Shown here in pieces: positions 22,902-37,500 of a stretch of 64,000 nt of DNA (position 1 is the stretch's first letter; the number at the start of each line of letters is the position of its first letter). The notes beneath the pieces are model-generated. The model did not search any database and was not told the DNA's origin. It worked only from the letters and a program-made list of their open reading frames with translations. Made by a program: the position numbers and the translations under genes. The stretch spans positions 8,680,001 through 8,744,000 of the forward strand of contig OZ281499.1 of the NCBI GenBank assembly GCA_965637545.1, written 5' to 3'. The DNA is from Phallusia mammillata (Eukaryota).

Positions 22902-24266
22902 CGGCCTCTGGGTGTCGCTAAGGCGTTTTCATTGTTTATTTTTTGTGTTATTTCCTTTTTGCAGTTCGTTACATCATCGTGCAAGACGCGTGCCTGCAAA
23001 CCTGGAGTTTGCACGTCGGGTGGTGACGTTGCGATTACGTCACAACCCCCTAATTGTCCCACTGTCAATGCAAAACTGTTTAGCTGGTGTATACGTGTAT
23101 TATTTGTCAGGTCTATTCGTGACAAAGAAACTGAAGGCTCCTGCGTGTCGCTTGTGGGCGCACGAGAGCATGTCTGGTTGTTGTTTCTATGTTGACCCTG
23201 TTTTGGCATCGTTATGTTACGCTTACTTTTTGTTCATGCAACAGCACGCATAGCCTCACCCACGCAGATGTATTGTGATTTTCGCACAGTGTTGATGACG
23301 TCATGTTGCTACGTCATCGGTGGGTTCGGATGTTATATTTTTTGTGCGTGACGGAGTCGTTGTTGTTGGCAATATATTCCTTCATGCAAAACTATGTGTG
23401 GTATTTAAGCAAAAAGGAGGCGTGAACAAAACTGTTATTTAGCTACAAAGGCTTACGTTCAACTGATACTTTTGCAATCGCAAAAGAAAACGAGAAAGTG
23501 ATAGATAAATTTTACGACCAAACTAATGCACACAAAAACAATTATTTGAGGTTGTTGGACAAGCGCATTGTGAAATTTCAGTTTTTCCACATGTCATTAA
23601 ACAAATGTCAAACTAGTAGCGAGCGCAAAAAGCATAAAAAAGAACAACACATCCAATATTGCAGCCCAAGCTTTTGCATTTAGATCTAGAAAAAGAAACG
23701 AAAATTCATGACAGCCAAAATTTCGGTGGTCTTTCAGATCGTAAATGTAGGCTATCTCCATTTGGGTTTTCAATTGATGCTTTCGTCTTCGCAAACAGTA
23801 CAACAATAGCCTGCTGAAGTTTGTTAGCTTGCTTTGCTTGTCACAACACCCAATCACAAGTTATCACTGTAATAAGAATTAAAAATCTGATTGCTTGGTT
23901 CCGAACCTTCACACCCGTTTTATAACGGGTTCCAGACCCCTAAAGCTCAATTAGTTAAAGCTCTCGTTCGAAGCTTGCTATAAAATGTTTGCATTCACAG
24001 AGCACTGAAAGCATCCCACGGACTCCTAGGAGTTCACAAACACCAAAGTTACACGCAAATAAAACAGTACATCGAATCCGATAAGGGGACAAAAAATAAT
24101 TCAAAAGTTTACAGGAAGTCCTGTCTTTAATGTTTTCCAGCAAGATAATAGGCCTATTTAGGATGTTACGGCGATAAGCTTCATCACATTTTTATCTGAA
24201 AATAAAACTGACATTTAAGTCAAAAAGAGGATTCTTTTTCAAACACAGCCTTTCATGAGTTTAAGG

Positions 24267-24686
24267 CAGCGGTTCCCAAACTGGGGTCCGCGGTCCTTTA
24301 GGGGTCCGTGAGGCAATTTTGGGGGGACCGCGAAGCGGTTGAAGTAATTCTATAATCTTATTTGGCATCAGTTTGTGCCACTAAATAAGTTTAAATCAAA
24401 GTTGATTTGAGAATCGACTGTATGCATTACTAAACAATGGCCTTTATTGAATGGCCACTATTAAAAATGCAATTGTTCGCGCACAATCGTAATGTTTTTG
24501 TTCTGTTTGTGATGTCATATGCTATCTTTGGATGATTGTTATGCGCAATTTTACATACCTAGCTAAAATCCTGCAATCAACTTTCGTTTTTATGAAATAC
24601 ACATTTAGGCTTAAGGACCGCGAGCCCTCGAAATATTGGCGAAGGGACCGTTTTGAAAAAAATATGAAAAAGTTTGGGAACCACTG
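24267..24686. mobile_element. hAT/Charlie-type MITE, 420 bp
   Basis: TIR CAGCGGTTCCCAAACT / AGTTTGGGAACCACTG and exact TSD GTTTAAGG. Confidence 0.9.
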
Positions 24687-25589
24687 GTTTAAGGTTATTG
24701 TAAAACGTAATTTTGAAAGGAAATTTTTGCGTCAATTTTGAAAAAAAATATTACTATTACACCTTCTGAGGCCAAAAAGAAAAGGTATTTTGGGTTACCG
24801 ATATTTAAGTCCTCGGGGGCATGACATATCAAACGAAAAATATTTGTTTCATGGAGTAACAAAAAAAATAAGTAGGATAAAAACTACTTTCATGTGCTCA
24901 CAAGTCACAAGGCGAAAACATATTCTTTTAACCCTACAAGACATTTTATATTCTAGAAACAGGCACAAGTAGCATACCGTTACCAAAAGTATTACTTTTA
25001 TAAGAGTGAAACGAAACTTTTAGTCGAAGCATTGCGACATCCATGTTTCGTTTACAAAAGAATGACATTTACATTCATAATTAAGTATGGCGACTTTAGC
25101 GACGAAGAGCATGATCTTCAGCGCCAATGACATGAAGAAATCTTTATGTAGTTCAGAATAAAAACAAATATTAAAGCAGAATAGAATCAAACTGTTTCTG
25201 TTAATCGTGAACGTGTGTGTCTATTTCTGTACAATATGACATTTTGTTTTTTACAATAACATAAGCTAGGCATACACATATTTTATGAATAAAAAAGAAA
25301 AAAAATTGTAATATTTTCACGTACTGCGATATATGATTTTGTAAATCTTGGAAAAGGTGTCGTGTTTTTGACTTAATTTGTTGTTGTATGAAATATAGTG
25401 GATTATTCTTGTTAACGTTAGAAAAACTATTAGAAAGATTGAAAATTGTTTTAAGTTATACCTGATGTTTTGTTTTGAAATGCAGATGGGCGTATTGAGA
25501 TTCTAGATGAGGATTTAGTCTTCTTATCTTTCCACTAGTGTTTGGAATATCAAATTTGTTCTGCCCTTGCACCTCGCAAATTAAAGAAA

Positions 25590-28500
25590 ATGGGTGATTT
25601 ATACCCAGAACTTACTAGAGCCGGACTCACCCAAAACTATCTTCACACAAACTCGTAAGTACTTTGTTTATGTTTGTTTGTGTGTAGCATTTGATTGTGT
25701 TGAAAAATATGTGTTTATTGGTGTTTAATTAACAAATGCCATACATTTAATGACTTTTTGTGAGTGCATCATGGGCAACCAGTGTGCAAAGTATGGCAGT
25801 TCCACATTCGTCTTGTTTAAAAAAAAAGAAAATTGCACACCAACTTTAGTTGATTGCACACAAAAATTTGGCGTTAAGTACTGTCTGGTCCTGTTCATCA
25901 CTTGTGCTGTAGCCTGTATGATTGGTCTGGCATGAATATTGAAACATATTGAACAGGACAAATTTTTTGGTGTGGATTTGGCTTGTACATGTGTGTGATG
26001 AGTAAAATTCCAAAACACAGCACAAAAATATAAATTAAAATACGTATGTGTTTCATTACAGCACAACACACGAGTTTCTTTTTGGAGCTCTTGCAGAATT
26101 GCTTGACAATGCAAGGGATGCTGCAGCTACAAAGATTGATGTCTCTTCTGTTGTGAAGCCAAATCTCAGAGGAGGATTTATGCTTAGTTTTCTTGATGAT
26201 GGAGAAGGTATGCCAAAATTACTTTGCGATTTTTGCGTTTTGTGTATAGACCAAGAGTCGGCAACCCCTGGCACACGTGCTAACCTTGGAGGTGGTTTTT
26301 CATGGCATGCCAACCGATTTGCATGTTTATATTGAAGTACCAATTTCACCTGTTAAACTGCATGTTTTTAGTTTTATCATGCCATTGTCTTAAAATTTAG
26401 CCATGTACAAAACGCACTGTTTTCTCTTTATTATCGATATCTGCTGGCACGAACATCTGTTATTTAGAAAAACATTGGCACGCGAGGTCATTAACACGTT
26501 GAAACAACAAGTAAATTGGCACCTGTCGCCTAAAAGGTTGCCGACCCCTGGTTTAGACCTTCGTTTTGTTTACATGTTTGCAAGTTGCATACAATATTGG
26601 TAGGGTGGTTAAGGTGTTGTCAATTTATCATATTCTCAGGTATGGATCCATCCGATGTAGCGAACATTGTGCAGTTTGGCAAGTCGTTCAAGCGCAATGC
26701 AAGTGATCACATGATTGGACAGTATGGAAACGGATTAAAATCGTAAGCAAAAATGTTTTTTACAAAAGAGTGATGTTCTTAGTCACAAAACTTTTTCCAT
26801 TTTATAGTTTTTGGTAAACTACTGGTAGGCATTGGGAGACTATTTTTTTCACTAACTATTTTTTGTCTATGTGTATAATAAATAGTTGTTAGAAATACCC
26901 AGTAAATTTGGAAATTAATTGGCCATTCAGTCCAACGAAATAAAAGTAAAATTCTGCTTTTACCTAATGTTTATTTGTTTTGCAGAGGTTCTATGAGGAT
27001 AGGAAATGATTTTATTCTCTTTACAAAAAAGGGGCATGACCTTTCCTGCCTTATGCTGTCTAGAACATTTCATGACCACGAAAACATAGACAGCATAATT
27101 GTCCCGATGCCTGTGTGGGATACCGATACGAGACGTCCAAATTATAAACATGGAGGCAGAGAAAGAGTAAGACATTTTGTATCTGAGTTAAAAGTAACCT
27201 CCAAGAAAAATAAACTTTCACATCATTTTTTTATTTTTGGTAAGTTTGTTGATTGAAGAACAAAGTTCACTTTTTATTTGGCATTACTTCATAAAATATC
27301 TTAGGATTTGTCTATGTTTTGACATACATTGCTGCATTCAGTTGGATTCAATAAGACAAATTTACAGTTACTTAAAAAGTTACTTCCTTTCACAGTTTGA
27401 AACCGAAATGAAACTCATTCTGAAATACTCACCGTTCAAGTCTGAAAAGGAGGTTGTCAGGCAGTTTGAACGGATAAAAGACAGAACAGGTTTTGTAAAA
27501 CTGTATATATAACCTTAGATCAGACTAACAGAAATTAGATTAGCCTCATGGATTGATATAAATTTCTGTTAAATCTTTTCAGGAACGTTGATTATAATCT
27601 ACAATCTCAAGCTGCTTGACTCCGGTGAACCAGAACTTGATATAAAAACTGATCCCACTGATATAAGAATGTCTGAAATGGACCCTGAAGATGACAGGTT
27701 AGTTTTATCTGCTTTCCTGTTTGTGCCATGCTAACTCTCAAGCAGCCTTATTGCATGCATTTTTTCTTTGTGAAAGTTCGCAACATTTGTTTGATAACAA
27801 GAAGAAAATACAGTAAACCGCAGTTAAACCGGATTTGGTTAATCTAGATCTTGGTCTGATTCGGCCAAATCTTAAAGGTACAAATGATTTGTAATGTGGT
27901 AAGGCTTTAACTTATCGACATATCTGTAAAAATTTAACCTGGGGTTTACGGTATGATAATATTGTAAGTTCATTTTTTTGTGTATGCTTTGTAAACATAA
28001 TACACTGCTGTATGTTTTGCAAAAAATGAAAACTTATAATTGAAAAAAAAAAACATTGTCTGGTGTTAACAAAACTAAGATTGTTTATTAACGCTTCATA
28101 TTAAAATATCAAAATAACTTTCTGCAGCAATTGGCCTGAACGAGTCTCATTTAAAGCTTATGCTTCTATTCTCTACCTGGACCCAAGAATGAAAGTTTAT
28201 GTTCAAGGGAAGAAAATCCGCACAAAGCGTCTTGCTTGCACTCTCTACAAACCTCGGTAAATGTAACTTGGGTGGTTTGCTAATAAGAAGTTTGCCAGAT
28301 TTGTGCAAAGAAAGTGCATGTTTAAGATTTTTTGAAATGTTGTCAAAAATGTATATTATTACATAACAGAAGATATGTTGGCTTCTAAAAAATAATTGTT
28401 TCATTGATTGCCTTTGACAGTTTTGCTTTTTGTAGAATGTATAAGTTTTCATCTGCAAGATTCAAAAAGCGCTCAGAAGAAGAAGTTATGAAAGCAGAAC

Positions 28501-31500
28501 AAGAGTACAGAATTGGTAAGTGTGTTGTTACCAATCTTACCATGTTTCACCAAATCTTACAATGTTCTTTTAAATTTGAGTTTCAATTGAATATTTTCAA
28601 TTGCTGCTTCATCCACTGCAAAAAAACATGACATCCAGGATCACTTTGTATTTGCTTTGTATTGCATGGCCAATTTATCATATTTTTTTAAGCCATTGAT
28701 TTGATAATTTTCCTAATTATTGACCACAGTTGATGCAATTAAACAGATTTTGCAGTTAGCATATATGCGATTAACAGAATATGTCTTGCAAAACATGGTG
28801 TTTAAAATATCTTTTCTCAATGGATGTCACTGGACCGATGTAGGAAGCACTGTACCACAATATGTTTTGTACTGGTGGAACAATGTTTGCCCCAGTGACT
28901 ATAAAAACAAAGATAGACTAATCAAGTGTTATAGAAAAATAATACACACAGTGAAAAAAGTTCTTGCTTTTTTATCAGCTGAGGAAAAGGCAAGAGAAGC
29001 AGAAAGTGTGAGTCGCGATTTGGAGCGGAAAGTGACCATGAAAGCAAATCCCAGAAAAGAGGAGCTGATCGAGCTTCGTGTTGCTCAAGATAAAGCCGTC
29101 GGCATGCGAAAGATGTGCAGCTCGAAACGAGACAGTGCAAATTTCAAGAAAAAGTAAGTTTTAGACTGACTGTCTTTCAAGTTTTCATTTTGTTACGGCA
29201 CAAAAAACTTGCTTTACGCATTTTTCAAAAACTTTATAAACTTTATAAATGTAACTTGCAGGAAAGCAGAACTCCTTGCTATTTGTGGTATCTTTTTCAA
29301 CTTTTGCCCAGATGTTTTGTTCCTTATGAGTAAAATGATTTGGTTTTTATCAAAGTGATTTGTTTTAGGGCTTTAAAAGACAAAAAGTCTCTGGATTTTG
29401 TGTTTGGCTTTAACCTGGAGAATCGGAAATATTATGGAATGTTCATTTATAACTGCAGTAGACTCATACGAATGTATGAACGCGTTGGTCCACAAAATAA
29501 TGGAGGAATGTAAGTTAGTAGTTAATCACTTATCAAATTTTTTAATATAAATGCACATTTAATCATTATGTTTTTTTGCCATAAATCTGGTTATGCAATA
29601 AACTAGATTTTATTTTCAGTGAATATTTTGGATTTTTGATCCACATGCAATTAAACAGACAATGATATTAACTGGTATATATATATGCATTTAACGAGAC
29701 TTGTCTGTAATTTAGTTTCATTCCAAAAACTTACCTGAAAATTGGAATTAAAAAAATAATTTTTTTACCACCAAAACACCTAATTTTTATACAGTGCCGG
29801 CCTGTAAAATCATTTCTTTGATTTTAGGAACTGCGCTGGAGTTATTGGTGTGGTCAATGTGCCATATCTTGTGTTAGAACCCACTCATAACAAACAACAT
29901 TTTGCTGACAATAAGGAATTTAGGCATTTACTAAAAGCAATGGGTAAGTCGCCTGTATTTTGCAGTCTTGTTTCATATAGTTTGTTAGACTGTTTTAACA
30001 AATGGTTTACTTATGTATTTGAAGTATATAGATTTTAATATGACGGTTGACAAAAATCGGCTAGACTGACTGATGGGCGTATTGACATATTTATCAATTG
30101 TTTCCACTTCCTATTAGAAACTTAATAAACAATGGAAAATTAAAAGCTGCAGACAGTGCACGCTGTTTTCGCCTGTTAAGGTCCCATCAGTGCAGCTGGT
30201 GACAAGAGATAGGCCATATTGGCTAGTGTAGCCATCCAACAGCACTGCAGTTAGTTGGGAGTAACAAGCTAAAAAGCCACACCTCACCTAAAAACTGGCT
30301 TACAATGGCCAATGGAAAATTAATTTAGCAATTTTTGCGTAATAGAAAATGTTTTAAAAACATGTTTTAAGTTGTGTTTAATATCACTGTATGATTTTCA
30401 GGTGACCACTTACAATGTTACTGGCGCGACTCAAAAGTTTCAGCTGGAAAGGGCGTTCTCGGTTTTTGGGAAAGTTTTGGCTACCTCAGTGACAGTTGGG
30501 GAGATCCTCCATCAGATGACCCTAAGTATGAACGAGCAAGGACGATTAGAATACCCAAAGTAATTCAATGCGGTAAGTTAAAACTAATAATAAATCACAT
30601 ATTGTTTTGTCCAGCCCCAATCTTAAATTGCAGAGTGAGTGAGTGTTTAAGTTTATAATCAGTTAGCAGACACCACTAGAAATTTGTGTAATTTATATCT
30701 GTTACTTTTCTTGGGTAAACAACTTTACCCAAAATTGTCTGTATCAAAAGTAGACAAATGCAATACTAGTGAACTATTTTCTTTCTTAAATCGATACACA
30801 GCAATTGTATTGTTATGCAGTGATGTATAAATAAATAAACTTAGCTGAGATGCATAATTCCGATCTAAGCTAAGTTTCTAAAAAAAACTTTTTTAATCAT
30901 TACAGAAGTACCTTAACTGTGTTATGGGTTCCTCTTGCCTAAAGGGAAAACATATTGTTTTAGTTTGTTATTTTCTTGCTAACACTGTTTTGTTAAACAA
31001 GTTTGGCCAGGAAAAAGGTCCTTCAACTATTCAATTAATATACATTAAACCTCGGTTTAAACCGAATTCGGCCAATTGGGATATTTGCCTAATCCAGTCA
31101 AATCGTTCAAAATTAAAAAAAAATGTTTTTTTCGTTTTTTATTTCAGATGCATGCCTCAAATGGAGGACGTTACCTTTTCAGTCAAACATGGTTGGAAAA
31201 GACCCACCGAGTAACTGGATTTGTTCTATGAACCCTGACCTCAAACACAATAAATGCCAGTGCCCTGAAGAGACCTCACAAATCCCCATTGGCGAATTTC
31301 AGAAAGAGACAAAAACTGTGGAGCAGAAGAGAACCGATTTGGAAGACAAAATGGAAAAGATGCAAAGAGAATATGAGAAAGTAGCGGTATGTAATTGTTG
31401 TGTTGGTGGACTGCAGTGTTTTCTCCACTATCCTGGCCTATGCTTTCAAAGTATCTAAAACATATTTGTAAGTCGCGCAGGGCTTTTCCTGTTGGCATCC

Positions 31501-34500
31501 TGTCTTCGTAATTAAACAAAATCGGTCTTACCACTGAGCCTGTGTAGCTCAGTTGTTAGAGCGCGAGTCCTGGAATAGCTCCTGTCGTGGGTTTGAATCC
31601 CACCACAGGTTAGATGGGCCTGGCGTACTGTGATTTACATATGAGTGTGCCGTGATCGCTGGTCTGCATAGACGCCTTAGGGCTGATCCCAGTTAAACTG
31701 GATCTTTGCCTGATTCTGACAAAACTCGAGCGAGGTTCAAATGATGTGTAATATGGTAAGACTAATTGGTAGAGCTACTAACACACGGACTAGGACAACT
31801 AGATTCTTTTTCGTTCTTTCAAATTAGATCAGAATTAAAATTAGGGCATCTCCTTTTTCACAAATTAGATTAGAATTAGAATTAGAATTTTCTCAAAATG
31901 CAGAAATTAAACTAGAATTAGATTTAAGCCAACCAACTTTAGTTTGTTTCAAATTTGAACGTGTAGATTTGCACGTTTAAAACAATACGATTCGATGCAT
32001 CTAAAACGTGTTCGAACGGAGCTGAGTGCCAAATTTCACTGAAAAACGTGTTTGAGTGATGTAGTTTGGTCTTGTTAATTGCATGGTTTTCTGCGCTTGG
32101 GTTACAAAATGCATGCTCAGATCACATGCCTAAAAGTGTCGTTGGACAAACTAGCGATTTTGGGAAAACTGTGAATTAGATTAGAATGAGAATTAGAGCT
32201 CACTCGATAATTCTAAATTAGATTAGAACTAGAATTACCGCCATTTTGTGCTAATTTGCCCAATTAGACAACTAGAATTATCTAGTTGTCCAAGTATGCT
32301 AACACAGGAACTTACACTAGACAGGTTGGCTAAATTCCGGTAGGTGGCGCACATAAATACTTCAAATGCCATTTATGTAAAAAAGCTGATGGTTAGAGCT
32401 ATTATAGGGTCGGTCTGAGGTTTCCTAATAATAATAGCATAAAGTCAACCCAAAAACCCTGTTCTTTAGTCCCCAACCCTACCCAAGACATCGGTTTATG
32501 CAGATTTCGCCTTTTACGGACAATTTTTGTTTGTCTCAAATGGGTCCGAAAAAGAATGTGGTGAAATGAGTGAATGGACGTTCCTGAAATCTCTGAAATT
32601 AATATTTTATCATTTTTTCCGTACAGAAGTTGCAGACAGTTACGAGCAGTCGAGATGCGGTCAGCAAATTTTCTTCTTCATCCGGAAGAAGGCGGCGTAT
32701 ATTTTCCGGTGACTCATCCGACTTTTCTTCGGATGACAACGAACCTTCCTCGTCTTCTTCAAATAAATTTCTCACGCAAGATTCGAGGATGAGTTCAACC
32801 AGCGTTGGTTTTAAGGTTTGTAATGACTTCACTTTTCTTCCTAAATCTGCTTTTTATTAAGTTATACAGAGCATGCTGTAGTAAACCTTTTCTTAATAAT
32901 GACAACTCCTTTCAAGTAAAGCAACTGCGACGATTCAGGGTCATTAAAATTAAATCAAGAAAGTTCGGCGTGAAAACCACTAAATCACTAAGTTTGCTTT
33001 TATTTATTGGTTTTATCCCGCTTTTTATATTGTTTTCAGACACTGATGATGCTCATAAAAGCGAAATGCATTTGTTTTTGTAAAACGAATAAAACGCAGC
33101 GACAGATTTAGTGGTTTTTACGCTGAATTTTCTTGACAGTGCACACTGTTTCAATTTCGACCTATAAAATCTCATCAGTGCTTCTGATGACAAGACATTC
33201 AACGTATAGGCTTTTTTCTTTTAATTTAGCAAACCTATTTTATCTATTGAACCAAGTGCACTGTATTTACCCGTAAGTTCTTTTAGTGCAGCTAGTAACG
33301 AGACATTGAACGTATTGACTAGTGCAGTGGTTCTTAAACTTTTTCATTATTTTTCAAAATGGCCCCTTTGCCATTATTTCGTGGTCTCGCGGTCCTTAAG
33401 CCTGAATGTGTATTTCAGAAAAACGAAAGTTGATTGTAGGATTTTAGCTAGTTATGGAAAATTGCGTGTTACAATGATCCAAAGACTGTTTGTGACACAA
33501 GACAAGACTAAAAAACATTACGATTGTGCGCGAACAATTGCATTTTAGTTAATTGTTATGCAATAAAGGCTATTGTTTAGCAATGTAGAAAGTCGATTCT
33601 CAATTTTACTTTGATTTAAACTTATTCAGTGGCACAAACTGACACCAAATAAGATCATAAAATTACTTCAACCTTTCCGAGGTCCCCATAAAAATGCCTC
33701 ACGGACCCCAAAAGGACCGCGGACCTCAGTTTGAGAACCGCTGGGCTAGTGTAACCACTTTAAAGACGTTCCAGTTTGTTGGGAGAAACATGGTAAAAAA
33801 AACATGCCTCAGCAAATCTATTTTATCCTCCTTTGTGTAAAATTTATGTTTATGACAAAAATTGTTAATACTGAAAGCAACAAGCTTATATGCACGTTAA
33901 AGGGGTACGATTACATTAAAACTTAACGTAATGCTCAAAAATGTTTTATAAAGGTCGTTTGTATCTATTTTACCTTCCAACAACACTCTTGCTACAGATA
34001 CTTAAAAATCGTTGGCCTGTACAATACGCAGTGTTTTGACGTGGCTTGTTATTACACTGTTTAAACCTATTTACAATTTGTGTAGTTTCATTCCCAATTT
34101 TGTTTCGCCAAAATACTGCACGTTTTCATGATACAAAACTATTTTTCGTACAGAGGCGGTCAGTGGACGGACAGCGAACAGTTGCGAAAAAATCCGCCTC
34201 TTTTACTCCAACTAGCAATTCCAATTCGCATTTTCCAAAAAAACGCATAAAGGTTTGTTTTGTGTTTCTTTTTTCATTATTGCCACCATTTAATTTGTGT
34301 GTGATTTATTTTCAAATTTTCTTTTTAGTTGTCGACCGACTTTTCTGATAGTGACGGTGACATGGGGATGGATGATGCGAAAGGTATTGGTTACTTTTAC
34401 TTTATAATACCATTTTAAATAACATAGTAGCTTTTTGGACATTTGGTCAACTATAATTTTATGAGAACATTGACGCCGAGAGTCTCAGAGGCTGTGGTTG

Positions 34501-37500
34501 TTTTTAGTGTTGTATTTTTTGAATTTTCGATATTGCATCGTATCCCTTGTCTAAAAGGACTGACAGAAGTAAACAAATTTTTGATAGTTGTAAAACTGAC
34601 AGCCTTTTTGCGCATTTAGTGTCAGAGCAAGAAAGGTTTTTAATCGTAACTGAAATATTACTTTTGTACAAATGCGTTTACATAATAAAGATGCATCGAA
34701 TATTCGGTTTGCTGAATTTATTCGGCCGAATCAGCCATTTTTACAAAGATTCGGTTTTGGCCGAATAGCTTGTTGCGATTCGGCCCAAACCGAATCTTTT
34801 GTGAACACATTAAAAAAAAAAAAATCTTTCAAACTACGCCAACTAAAAAAGAACTGTAATTTTATGCAACCATGGCCGAGGCAAACTTAAAACTTGCAGA
34901 AATAAAACGATAGTGAAACATGGACTATATTCTGCATTGTTTGCCTGGTAGCTTGACCTATGTTTTCATGTCAAACGCATAGCGTAAGACATCGCGTGAC
35001 GTCATAAATAATTCAGTTGATTCGACCGATTTTATTCGACAAAACTGACGAATATTCGGTTTAACCGAAACCAAAATAAGCCGATTTGATGCACCTCTAG
35101 TTTACTTAAGCGTAGTTTATCAGCTCATCTCGTAACCTGTATCACTGCCCATTGTGCTTTCTACCCCGGGGGTACATGTACCCCTGTTCAAGAACCCCTG
35201 CTTTAAGGAAAGGGAGTGGAGATAGACATGAGTTTAAAAGTTTCCATATTGTGCTGCAGCTTGATATGTTGATTTTTTGCTGTTTGAAAACAACCCTTGT
35301 TAAATTACCCTACGCTTTAACAGTAATGTCTAAACTGTGTTACATTAAACAGGAACGGATATCGGAGCAGCAGTGGAAGTTAGTATTAGTGACAAATGGA
35401 GACCGGGTACTGTCGTTTCAACCAGGGTCGTTAAAGGTCAACCAACCAAATACAAGGTCAAGTTTGACCAGCACCCTCAGGTAAAAGCAGCTAACACTGA
35501 CCAATGGTTAAAGATTTTGTAGCCCAAATTTGTGTGGTATGTATTTGCCGAATAATCTGTAAAAACCATGTACAAAACGCTTCTTAAGTTGTGCCATACT
35601 TTATTCATAATAGCATAAAAGTGCGTGCGCACAGGTTGTGTATTGGTTATAGGCAGCTGAATATCACGTTGTTAAGTGTTTTTTAACCGTTTTTGCAACG
35701 ACCCAAATGTGAAGCGTGAATCTTAAGCTTGTCTTTTGGGACCATTATTTTACACATATTTGTTTTAACCCTGAAATGTTCAAATGTCACCAAACATATT
35801 CGTGAAAGATCAATTTGCCTACTTCGAAATTGCCAAACGAATGTCATTAAAATGCTGTACTCGGTTATAAGACTTTGTGAATAACTATTATCGATGGCCA
35901 CAACCAGTACACATGGCAACCTTAAGTTTGAAAAATACTGATGCCTTATATCTATAATATGTAATCCTGCCAAATTTTCACGCTTGGTAAACGCAACTTA
36001 GATTTAAAATAAGGGCAAAAGACCCCCTAACAATTCTGCGCAAACCTACTCATGGCTCAAAAGTTTTCAAATTACTGCGTCATTTATGGTGACGTCACAA
36101 CCAAGGTGTCAAATAATGGCCTGAACGAAAAAGTCATTTTTTCTTGCTCGTAGGATCGATTTGACAAATGGTGCGAGGATGGATCGAGCGATTTTCGATT
36201 TGTGTCCAACTCGGAACTTGTATCAAATGGAACACCCAGCAAACCAAGACGCCAAAGCTTGCCAGGTGAATTATTGACTGTTGAAAGCGGGTTTATGCCG
36301 TGTACTCGAGAAGAAAGGAAATAATTTACAAAAACCGTTAACTTGAGTGCCCTTTTTTAGACCAAATTTTAAGCTTTGTGTTGTATGTAAGCTGAAATTA
36401 GTTCGCCCGGCGTTTTGTTGGTATTTTTCTTCTACAGTTCTACTTTTTTTGTTTTTTCTTCCCCTGTGCAGCTTGCCCATCCACTATTTGACTCTATAGC
36501 TTACATGAAATGGAAATACTCTATCATTTTAGTTAATAGTTGAAAATGCGCAATGAACGAAAAATCTTTCAAAATAAGACACTCGTGGTGCTGTTTTAAA
36601 GCCAAATTGTTCATGTAGTACAGTATTTGTATTCGACTAATAGTACTAACGTGTGTCCATTTTTTATATCCATTGACCCAAATGAGAACTTTTTTCTACT
36701 TCCACCGTTTTTAAAATGATTTGTTATTGTCGTTTTCTTCTAGAACCGTCAGCAGCAACAAAGGTTAATCAGAAGCAAATGGAACTGCATGAAAACGCAC
36801 TTGGAAAACTTAGGTACAAAAGATACAAACTTTCAGTCATAGAAAATGTAGAAAACTTCACTTTGCTTAATTTCAGTGTGATCTGCTATTGTGCCTTCTA
36901 ACCTAAACATTTACAAGTTTAGAAAATGAATATTGTGTGTGTAGCATTGATGAACTGACTTATGTATTTAATATTGCTTAAACCCATAAAAAAATTACTT
37001 TTTACGTCTGCTAATATTGAGTATAAACTGTTTAGAACTTGCTTGCGCTATTTCCTTCCCCCACAGTGGAAAATGCCCAAAGAGGAAATCAATAATCTCA
37101 CTCTACAGGAATTAGTTGATTTTCCTATGGTAAGTGCGAATATGTTAAGACCTATTAAAACTATTTGGGTGTGTTATTTGAAAACTGTTTAAAAACTGAA
37201 AAATGTTGATGCTTATTGCCGAATGTGGGTTTTAAATTGTAAGTAGTGCAACTCTATACAACAAGTTTTAGATTGTTACGTCGGTGCGCAAATTTCAGCG
37301 AGATCTTTTGTTGATGTACTTATTTTTGTTCCACAGTTGTGTCCGTTGTTTGGTAAGGATTAGCAATGTTAACGGTAACATTTATTGCAGTATAAGTCGT
37401 GTAAGTTGTGGTGTGAATTGGCATTTACCTTAGGGCATAGTGTTAAGTGCGTATTTGTGCTGACTGCACAGTGCTGGTGGGTTTTCTTGACGTTGTAATA

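Noticed and set aside
28720-29157. 145-aa ORF as a separate gene or longer exon
   Set aside because: It is MORC2 exon 9 plus stop-free upstream intron. Homology starts at the AG at 28977-28978.
31538-31610. Functional tRNA gene
   Set aside because: The anticodon stem is mispaired, the T loop reads TTT instead of TTC and no T-run terminator follows directly. Treated as a SINE head.
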